Part shown: positions 1 to 10,850 of the stretch, piece after piece
Position numbering within the stretch: position 1 is the stretch's first letter
Layout: the number at the start of each line of letters is the position of its first letter
Source of the DNA: Auanema rhodensis
Lineage: Eukaryota > Animalia > Nematoda
Direction: 5' to 3'
NCBI GenBank assembly: GCA_964057225.1
Contig: OZ059897.1
Coordinates: 3,534,001 to 3,598,000, forward strand
Length of the DNA stretch: 64,000 nt
Made by a program: the position numbers and the translations under genes
The notes under the pieces: generated by a model
The model's input: the letters and a program-made list of their open reading frames with translations, nothing else
What the model was told of the DNA's origin: nothing
The model's database searches: none

Positions 1-3000
1 TTTGTGAAATTATTTAGAAATTTTTCGGGAAAATTTTTGTCAAAATGTTTTTGGAAGCAATGTTGAGTGTACATGGGAACTCAACATACACTAATGCATT
101 ATTTTTCAAACGATCATAACTAATTTCTGTAAATAGCGTTTCTCAATGTAGTATAGTGCATTCGATGCGGATTTTTAAGCTGCGTTGATCTGTGTTATCA
201 GATTTGAGTTAACTTAAAAATGCACCGAGATATCAACTGATATATGTTCACACTTATATCCTCGATTTTCACCCTGAAGAGATGATTTTTTCGTTGAATA
301 ACATTGTCCATCGTCTTCGTCTTGAAAAAAGGAATCTAAAAACATCTACTTTTTGTGAAATTATTTAGAAATTTTTCGGGAAAATTTTTGTCAAAATGTT
401 TTTGGAAGCAATGTTGAGTGTACATGGGAACTCAACATACACTAATGCATTATTTTTCAAACGATCATAACTAATTTTTGTAAATAGCGTTTCTCAATGT
501 AGTATAGTGCATTCGATGCGGATTTTTAAGCTGCGTTGATCTGTGTTATCAGATTTGAGCTAGCTTAAAAATGCACCGAGATATCAACTGATATATGTTC
601 ACACTTATATCCTCGATTTTCACCCTGAAGAAATGATTTTTTGGTTGAAAAACATTGTCCATCGTCTTCGTCTTGAAAAAAGGAATCTAAAAACATCTAC
701 TTTTTGTGAAATTATTTAGAAATTTTTCGGGAAAATTTTTGTCAAAATGTTTTTGGAAGCAATGTTGAGTGTACATGGGAACTCAACATACACTAATGCA
801 TTATTTTTCAAACGATCATAACTAATTTTTGTATAGAGCGTTTTTCAATGTAGTATAGTGCATTCGATGCGGATTTTTAAGCTGCGTCGATCTGTGTTAT
901 CAGATTTGAGTTAGCTTAAAAATGCACCGAGATATCAACTGATATATGTTCACACTTATATCCTCGATTTTCACCCTGAAGAAATGATTTTTTCGTTGAA
1001 AAAACATTGTCCATCGTCTTTGCCTTGAAAAAAGGAATCTAAAAACATCTACTTTTTGTGAAATTATTTAGAAATTTTTCGGGAAAATTTTTGTCAAAAT
1101 GTTTTTGGAAGCAATGTTGAGTGTACATGGGAACTCAGCATACACTAATGCATTATTTTTCAAACGATAATAACTAATTTTTGTATAGAGCGTTTCTCAA
1201 TGTAGTATAGTGCATTCGATGCGGATTTTTAAGCTGCGTCGATCTGTGTTATCCGATTTGAGCTAACTTGAAAATGTACCGAGATATCAACTGATATATG
1301 TTCACACTTATATCCTCGATTTTCACCCTGAAGAAATGATTTTTTCGTTGAATAACATTGTCCATCATCTTCGTCTTGAAAAAAGGAATCTAAAAACATC
1401 TACTTTTTGTGAAATTATTTAGAAATTTTTCGGGAAAATTTTTGTCAAAATGTTTTTGGAAGCAATGTTGAGTGTACATGGGAACTCAACATACACTAAT
1501 GCATTATTTTTCAAACGATCATAACTAATTTTTGTATAGAGCGTTTCTCAATGTAGTATAGTGCATTCGATGCGGATTTTTAAGCTGCGTCGATCTGTGT
1601 TATCAGATTTGAGTTAGCTTAAAAATGCACCGAGATATCAACTGATATATGTTCACACTTATATCCTCGATTTTCACCCTGAAGAAATGATTTTTTCGTT
1701 GAATAACATTGTCCATCGTCTTAGTCTTGAAAAAAGGAATCTGAAAACATCTACTTTTTGTGAAATTATTTAGAAATTTTTCGGGAAAATTTTTGTCAAA
1801 ATGTTTTTGGAAGCAATATTGAGTGTACATGGGAACTCAACATACACTAATGCATTATTTTTCAAACGATCATAACTAATTCTTGTAAATAGCGTTTCTC
1901 AATGTAGTATAGTGCATTCGATGCGGATTTTTAAGCTGCGTGGATCTGTGTTATCAGATTTGAGTTAGCTTAAAAATGCACCGAGATATCAACTGATATA
2001 GGTTCACACTTATATCCTCGATTTTCACCCTGAAGAAATGATTTTTTCGTTGAAAAACATTGTCCATCGTATTCGTCTTGAAAAAAGGAATCTAAAAACA
2101 TCTACTTTTTGTGAAATTATTTAGAAATTTTTCGGGAAAATTTTTGTCAAAATGTTTTTGGAAGCAATGTTGAGTTTACATGGGAACTCAACATACACTA
2201 ATGCATTATTTTTCAAACGATCATAACTAATTTTTGTATAGAGCGTTTCTCAATGTAGTATAGTGCATTCGATGCGGATTTTTAAGCTGCGTCGATCTGT
2301 GTTATCAGATTTGAGTTAGCTTAAAAATGCACCGAGATATCAACTGATATATGTTCACACTCATATCCTCGATTATCACCCTGAAGAATTGATTTTTTCG
2401 TTGAAAAACATTGTCCATCGTCTTAGTCTTGAAAAAAGGAAACTGAAAACATCTACTTTTTGTGAAATTATTTAGAAATTTTTCGGGAAAATTTTTGTCA
2501 AAATGTTTTTGGAAGCAATGTTGAGTGTACATGGGAACTCAACATACACTAATGCATTATTTTTCAAACGATCATAACTAATTTTTGTATAGAGCGTTTC
2601 TCAATGTGGTATAGTGCATTCGATGCGGATTTTTAAGCTGCGTTGATCTGTGTTATCAGATTTGAGTTAACTTAAAAATGCACCGAGATATCAACTGATA
2701 TATGTTCACACTTATATCCTCGATTTTCACCCTGAAGAGATGATTTTTTCGTTGAATAACATTGTCCATCGTCTTCGTCTTGAAAAAAGAAATCTAAAAA
2801 CATCTACTTTTTGTGAAATTATTTAGAAATTTTTCGGGAAAATTTTTGTCAAAATGTTTTTGGAAGCAATGTTGAGTGTACATGGGAACTCAACATACAC
2901 TAATGCATTATTTTTCAAACGATAATAACTAATTTTTGTATAGAGCGTTTCTTAATGTAGTATAGTGCATTCGATGCGGATTTTTAAGCTGCGTTGATCT

Positions 3001-5399
3001 GTGTTATCAGATTTGAGTTAGCTTAAAAATGCACCGAGATATCAACTGATATATGTTCACACTTATATCCTCGATTTTCACCCTGAAGAAATGATTTTTT
3101 CGTTGAATAACATTGTCCATCGTCTTCGTCTTGAAAAAAGGAATCTAAAAACATCTACTTTTTGTGAAATTATTTAGAAATTTTTCGGGAAAATTTTTGT
3201 CAAAATGTTTTTGGAAGCAATGTTGAGTGTACATGGGAACTCAACATACACTAATGCATTATTTTTCAAACGATCATAACTAATTTTTGTATAGAGCGTT
3301 TCTCAATGTGGTATAGTGCATTCGATGCGGATTTTTAAGCTGCGTTGATCTGTGTTATCAGATTTGAGTTAACTTAAAAATGCACCGAGATATCAACTGA
3401 TATATGTTCACACTTATATCCTCGATTTTCACCCTGAAGAGATGATTTTTTCGTTGAATAACATTGTCCATCGTCTTCGTCTTGAAAAAAGGAATCTAAA
3501 AACATCTACTTTTTGTGAAATTATTTAGAAATTTTTCGGGAAAATTTTTGTCAAAATGTTTTTGGAAGCAATGTTGAGTGTACATGGGAACTCAACATAC
3601 ACTAATGCATTATTTTTCAAACGATCATAACTTATTTTTGTATAGAGCGTTTCTCAATGTAGTGTAGTGCATTCGATGCGGATTTTTAAGCTGCGTCGAT
3701 CTGTGTTATCCGATTTGAGCTAGCTTGAAAATGTACCGAGATATCAACTGATATAGGTTCACACTTATATCCTCGATTTTCACCCTGAAGAGATGATTTT
3801 TTCGTTGAATAACATTGTCCATCGTCTTCGTCTTGAAAAAAGGAATCTAAAAACATCTACTTTTTGTGAAATTATTTAGAAATTTTTCGGGAAAATTTTT
3901 GTCAAAATGTTTTTGGAAGCAATGTTGAGTGTACATGGGAACTCAACATACACTAATGCATTATTTTTCAAACGATCATAACTAATTTTTGTATAGAGCG
4001 TTTCTCAATGTGGTATAGTGCATTCGATGCGGATTTTTAAGCTGCGTTGATCTGTGTTATCAGATTTGAGTTAACTTAAAAATGCACCGAGATATCAACT
4101 GATATATGTTCACACTTATATCCTCGATTTTCACCCTGAAGAGATGATTTTTTCGTTGAATAACATTGTCCATCGTCTTCGTCTTGAAAAAAGGAATCTA
4201 AAAACATCTACTTTTTGTGAAATTATTTAGAAATTTTTCGGGAAAATTTTTGTCAAAATGTTTTTGGAAGCAATGTTGAGTGTACATGGGAACTCAACAT
4301 ACACTAATGCATTATTTTTCAAACGATCATAACTAATTTTTGTATAGAGGGTTTCTCAATGTGGTATAGTGCATTCGATGCGGATTTTTAAGCTGCGTCG
4401 ATCTGTGTTATCCGATTTGAGCTAGCTTGAAAATGTACCGAGATATCAACTGATATATGTTCACACTTATATCCTCGATTTTCACCCTGAAGAGATGATT
4501 TTTTCGTTGAATAACATTGTCCATCGTCTTCGTCTTGAAAAAAGGAATCTAAAAACATCTACTTTTTGTGAAATTATTTAGAAATTTTTCGGGAAAATTT
4601 TTGTCAAAATGTTTTTGGAAGCAATGTTGAGTGTACATGGGAACTCAACATACACTAATGCATTATTTTTCAAACGATCATAACTAATTTTTGTATAGAG
4701 CGTTTCTCAATGTGGTATAGTGCATTCGATGCGGATTTTTAAGCTGCGTCGATCTGTGTTATCCGATTTGAGCTAGCTTGAAAATGTACCGAGATATCAA
4801 CTGATATATGTTCACACTTATATCCTCGATTTTCACCCTGAAGAAATGATTTTTTCGTTGAATAACATTGTCCATCGTCTTAGTCTTGAAAAAAGGAAAC
4901 TGAAAACATCTACTTTTTGTGAAATTATTTAGAAATTTTTCGGGAAAATTTTTGTCAAAATGTTTTTGGAAGCAATGTTGAGTGTACATGGGAACTCAAC
5001 ATACACTAATGCATTATTTTTCAAACGATCATAACTAATTTTTGTATAGAGCGTTTCTCAATGTGGTATAGTGCATTCGATGCGGATTTTTAAGCTGCGT
5101 TGATCTGTGTTATCAGATTTGAGTTAACTTAAAAATGCACCGAGATATCAACTGATATATGTTCACACTTATATCCTCGATTTTCACCCTGAAGAGATGA
5201 TTTTTTCGTTGAATAACATTGTCCATCGTCTTCGTCTTGAAAAAAGAAATCTAAAAACATCTACTTTTTGTGAAATTATTTAGAAATTTTTCGGGAAAAT
5301 TTTTGTCAAAATGTTTTTGGAAGCAATGTTGAGTGTACATGGGAACTCAACATACACTAATGCATTATTTTTCAAACGATCATAACTAATTTTTGTATA

Positions 5400-8300
5400 G
5401 AGCGTTTCTCAATGTAGTATAGTGCATTCGATGCGGATTTTTAAGCTGCGTCGATCTGTGTTATCAGATTTGAGTTAGCTTAAAAATGCACCGAGATATC
5501 AACTGATATATGTTCACACTCATATCCTCGATTATCACCCTGAAGAATTGATTTTTTCGTTGAAAAACATTGTCCATCGTATTTTTCTTGAAAAAAGGAA
5601 TCTAAAAACATCTACTTTTTCTGAAATTATTTAGAAATTTTTCGGGAAAATTTTTGTCAAAATGTTTTTGGAAGCAATGTTGAGTGTACATGGGAACTCA
5701 ACATACACTAATGCATTATTTTTCAAACGATCATAACTAATTCTTGTATAGAGCGTTTCTCAATGTAGTATAGTGCATTCGATGCGGATTTTTAAGCTGC
5801 GTTGATCTGTGTTATCAGATTTGAGTTAGCTTAAAAATGCACCGAGATATCAACTGATATATGTTCACACTTATATCCTCGATTTTCACCCCGAAGAAAT
5901 GATTTTTTCGTTGAATAACATTGTCCATCGTCTTCGTCTTGAAAAAAGGAATCTAAAAACATCTACTTTTTGTGAAATTATTTAGAAATTTTTCGGGAAA
6001 ATTTTTGTCAAAATGTTTTTGGAAGCAATGTTGAGTGTACATGGGAACTCAACATACACTAATGCATTATTTTTCAAACGATCATAACTAATTTTTGTAT
6101 AGAGCGTTTCTCAATGTGGTATAGTGCATTCGATGCGGATTTTTAAGCTGCGTTGCTCTGTGTTATCAGATTTGAGTTAACTTAAAAATGCACCGAGATA
6201 TCAACTGATATATGTTCACACTTATATCCTCGATTTTCACCCTGAAGAGATGATTTTTTCGTTGAATAACATTGTCCATCGTCTTCGTCTTGAAAAAAGG
6301 AATCTAAAAACATCTACTTTTTGTGAAATTATTTAGAAATTTTTCGGGAAAATTTTTGTCAAAATGTTTTTGGAAGCAATGTTGAGTGTACATGGGAACT
6401 CAACATACACTAATGCATTATTTTTCAAACGATCATAACTTATTTTTGTATAGAGCGTTTCTCAATGTAGTGTAGTGCATTCGATGCGGATTTTTAAGCT
6501 GCGTCGATCTGTGTTATCCGATTTGAGCTAGCTTGAAAATGTACCGAGATATCAACTGATATAGGTTCACACTTATATCCTCGATTTTCACCCTGAAGAA
6601 TTTATTTTTTCGTTGAATAACATTGTCCATCGTCTTCGCCTTGAAAAAAGGAATCTAAAAACATCTACTTTTTGTAAAATTATTTAGAAATTTTTCGGGA
6701 AAATTTTTGTCAAAATGTTTTTGGAAGCAATGTTGAGTGTACATGGGAACTCAACATACACTAATGCATTATTTTTCAAACGATCATAACTAATTTTTGT
6801 ATAGAGCGTTTCTCAATGTGGTATAGTGCATTCGATGCGGATTTTTAAGCTGCGTTGATCTGTGTTATCAGATTTGAGTTAACTTAAAAATGCACCGAGA
6901 TATCAACTGATATATGTTCACACTTATATCCTCGATTTTCACCCTGAAGAAATGATTTTTTCGTTGAATAACATTGTCCATCGTCTTCGTCTTGAAAAAA
7001 GGAATCTAAAAACATCTACTTTTTGTGAAATTATTTAGAAATTTTTCGGGAAAATTTTTGTCAAAATGTTTTTGGAAGCAATGTTGAGTGTACATGGGAA
7101 CTCAACATACACTAATGCATTATTTTTCAAACGATCATAACTAATTTTTGTATAGAGCGTTTCTCAATGTAGTATAGTGCATTCGATGCGGATTTTTAAG
7201 CTGCGTCGATCTGTGTTATCAGATTTGAGTTAGCTTAAAAATGCACCGAGATATCAACTGATATATGTTCACACTCATATCCTCGATTATCACCCTGAAG
7301 AATTGATTTTTTCGTTGAAAAACATTGTCCATCGTATTTTTCTTGAAAAAAGGAATCTAAAAACATCTACTTTTTGTGAAATTATTTAGAAATTTTTCGG
7401 GAAAATTTTTGTCAAAATGTTTTTGGAAGCAATGTTGAGTGTACATGGGAACTCAACATACACTAATGCATTATTTTTCAAACGATCATAACTAATTCTT
7501 GTATAGAGCGTTTCTCAATGTAGTATAGTGCATTCGATGCGGATTTTTAAGCTGCGTTGATCTGTGTTATCAGATTTGAGTTAGCTTAAAAATGCACCGA
7601 GATATCAACTGATATATGTTCACACTTATATCCTCGATTTTCACCCCGAAGAAATGATTTTTTCGTTGAATAACATTGTCCATCGTCTTCGTCTTGAAAA
7701 AAGGAATCTAAAAACATCTACTTTTTGTGAAATTATTTAGAAATTTTTCGGGAAAATTTTTGTCAAAATGTTTTTGGAAGCAATGTTGAGTGTACATGGG
7801 AACTCAACATACACTAATGCATTATTTTTCAAACGATCATAACTAATTTTTGTATAGAGCGTTTCTCAATGTGGTATAGTGCATTCGATGCGGATTTTTA
7901 AGCTGCGTTGCTCTGTGTTATCAGATTTGAGTTAACTTAAAAATGCACCGAGATATCAACTGATATATGTTCACACTTATATCCTCGATTTTCACCCTGA
8001 AGAGATGATTTTTTCGTTGAATAACATTGTCCATCGTCTTCGTCTTGAAAAAAGGAATCTAAAAACATCTACTTTTTGTGAAATTATTTAGAAATTTTTC
8101 GGGAAAATTTTTGTCAAAATGTTTTTGGAAGCAATGTTGAGTGTACATGGGAACTCAACATACACTAATGCATTATTTTTCAAACGATCATAACTTATTT
8201 TTGTATAGAGCGTTTCTCAATGTAGTGTAGTGCATTCGATGCGGATTTTTAAGCTGCGTCGATCTGTGTTATCCGATTTGAGCTAGCTTGAAAATGTACC

Positions 8301-10850
8301 GAGAAATCAACTGATATAGGTTCACACTTATATCCTCGATTTTCACCCTGAAGAATTTATTTTTTCGTTGAATAACATTGTCCATCGTCTTCGCCTTGAA
8401 AAAAGGAATCTAAAAACATCTACTTTTTGTGAAATTATTTAGAAATTTTTCGGGAAAATTTTTGTCAAAATGTTTTTGGAAGCAATGTTGAGTGTACATG
8501 GGAACTCAACATACACTAATGCATTATTTTTCAAACGATCATAACTAATTTTTGTATAGAGCGTTTCTCAATGTGGTATAGTGCATTCGATGCGGATTTT
8601 TAAGCTGCGTTGATCTGTGTTATCAGATTTGAGTTAACTTAAAAATGCACCGAGATATCAACTGATATATGTTCACACTTATATCCTCGATTTTCACCCT
8701 GAAGAAATGATTTTTTCGTTGAATAACATTGTCCATCGTCTTCGTCTTGAAAAAAGGAATCTAAAAACATCTACTTTTTGTGAAATTATTTAGAAATTTT
8801 TCGGGAAAATTTTTGTCAAAATGTTTTTGGAAGCAATGTTGAGTGTACATGGGAACTCAACATACACTAATGCATTATTTTTCAAACGATCATAACTAAT
8901 TTTTGTATAGAGCGTTTCTCAATGTAGTATAGTGCATTCGATGCGGATTTTTAAGCTGCGTCGATCTGTGTTATCAGATTTGAGTTAGCTTAAAAATGCA
9001 CCGAGATATCAACTGATATATGTTCACACTCATATCCTCGATTATCACCCTGAAGAATTGATTTTTTCGTTGAAAAACATTGTCCATCGTATTTTTCTTG
9101 AAAAAAGGAATCTAAAAACATCTACTTTTTGTGAAATTATTTAGAAATTTTTCGGGAAAATTTTTGTCAAAATGTTTTTGGAAGCAATGTTGAGTGTACA
9201 TGGGAACTCAACATACACTAATGCATTATTTTTCAAACGATCATAACTAATTCTTGTATAGAGCGTTTCTCAATGTAGTATAGTGCATTCGATGCGGATT
9301 TTTAAGCTGCGTTGATCTGTGTTATCAGATTTGAGTTAGCTTAAAAATGCACCGAGATATCAACTGATATATGTTCACACTTATATCCTCGATTTTCACC
9401 CTGAAGAAATGATTTTTTCGTTGAATAACATTGTCCATCGTCTTCGTCTTGAAAAAAGGAATCTAAAAACATCTACTTTTTGTGAAATTATTCAGAAATT
9501 TTTCGGGAAAATTTTTGTCAAAATGTTTTTGGAAGCAATGTTGAGTGTACATGGGAACTCAACATACACTAATGCATTATTTTTCAAACGATCATAACTA
9601 ATTTTTGTATAGAGCGTTTCTCAATGTGGTATAGTGCATTCGATGCGGATTTTTAAGCTGCGTTGATCTGTGTTATCAGATTTGAGTTAACTTAAAAATG
9701 CACCGAGATATCAACTGATATATGTTCACACTTATATCCTCGATTTTCACCCTGAAGAGATGATTTTTTCGTTGAATAACATTGTCCATCGTCTTCGTCT
9801 TGAAAAAAGGAATCTAAAAACATCTACTTTTTGTGAAATTATTTAGAAATTTTTCGGGAAAATTTTTGTCAAAATGTTTTTGGAAGCAATGTTGAGTGTA
9901 CATGGGAACTCAACATACACTAATGCATTATTTTTCAAACGATCATAACTTATTTTTGTATAGAGCGCTTCTCAATGTAGTGTAGTGCATTCGATGCGGA
10001 TTTTTAAGCTGCGTCGATCTGTGTTATCCGATTTGAGCTAGCTTGAAAATGTACCGAGATATCAACTGATATAGGTTCACACTTATATCCTCGATTTTCA
10101 CCCTGAAGAGATGATTTTTTCGTTGAATAACATTGTCCATCGTCTTCGTCTTGAAAAAAGGAATCTAAAAACATCTACTTTTTGTGAAATTATTTAGAAA
10201 TTTTTCGGGAAAATTTTTGTCAAAATGTTTTTGGAAGCAATGTTGAGTGTACATGGGAACTCAACATACACTAATGCATTATTTTTCAAACGATCATAAC
10301 TAATTTTTGTATAGAGCGTTTCTCAATGTGGTATAGTGCATTCGATGCGGATTTTTAAGCTGCGTTGATCTGTGTTATCAGATTTGAGTTAACTTAAAAA
10401 TGCACCGAGATATCAACTGATATATGTTCACACTTATATCCTCGATTTTCACCCTGAAGAGATGATTTTTTCGTTGAATAACATTGTCCATCGTCTTCGT
10501 CTTGAAAAAAGGAATCTAAAAACATCTACTTTTTGTGAAATTATTTGGAAATTTTTCGGGAAAATTTTTGTCAAAATGTTTTTGGAAGCAATGTTGAGTG
10601 TACATGGGAACTCAACATACACTAATGCATTATTTTTCAAACGATCATAACTAATTTTTGTATAGAGCGTTTCTCAATGTAGTATAGTGCATTCGATGCG
10701 GATTTTTAAGCTGCGTCGATCTGTGTTATCAGATTTGAGTTAGCTTAAAAATGCACCGAGATATCAACTGATATATGTTCACACTCATATCCTCGATTAT
10801 CACCCTGAAGAATTGATTTTTTCGTTGAAAAACATTGTCCATCGTCTTCG
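5400..10850 (+). repeat. 5-monomer HOR (1,755 bp), about 3 copies
   Basis: Private variants recur at 1,755 bp: CACCCCGAAG (5892, 7647) and GTTGCTCTG (6156, 7911). The CTCATATC variant recurs at 5521, 7276, 9031 and 10786, and ATCCGATTT at 6519, 8274 and 10029. Boundaries are approximate. Confidence 0.9.

Noticed and set aside
90-230. Internal sub-repeat (TGCA at 95, 157 and 221, about 63-bp spacing) or a 2 x 175 dimer origin
   Set aside because: Similarity does not extend beyond a few bases and is compatible with chance in AT-rich sequence.
289-306. CENP-B box-like TTCGTTGAA(T/A)AAC
   Set aside because: It resembles the 5' half of the box but lacks the essential CGGG of NTTCGNNNNANNCGGGN.
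1-351. Tandem RNA-gene array (5S rRNA, tRNA, spliced leader, snRNA)
   Set aside because: I could not recognise a 5S sequence, cloverleaf, Pol III A/B boxes or spliced-leader sequence on either strand. An Rfam search would be the formal test.
1-351. Assignment to a named satellite of similar length (Drosophila 1.688 family, Tribolium satellites)
   Set aside because: Only length and AT richness are similar; I do not recognise sequence identity and cannot run a search.
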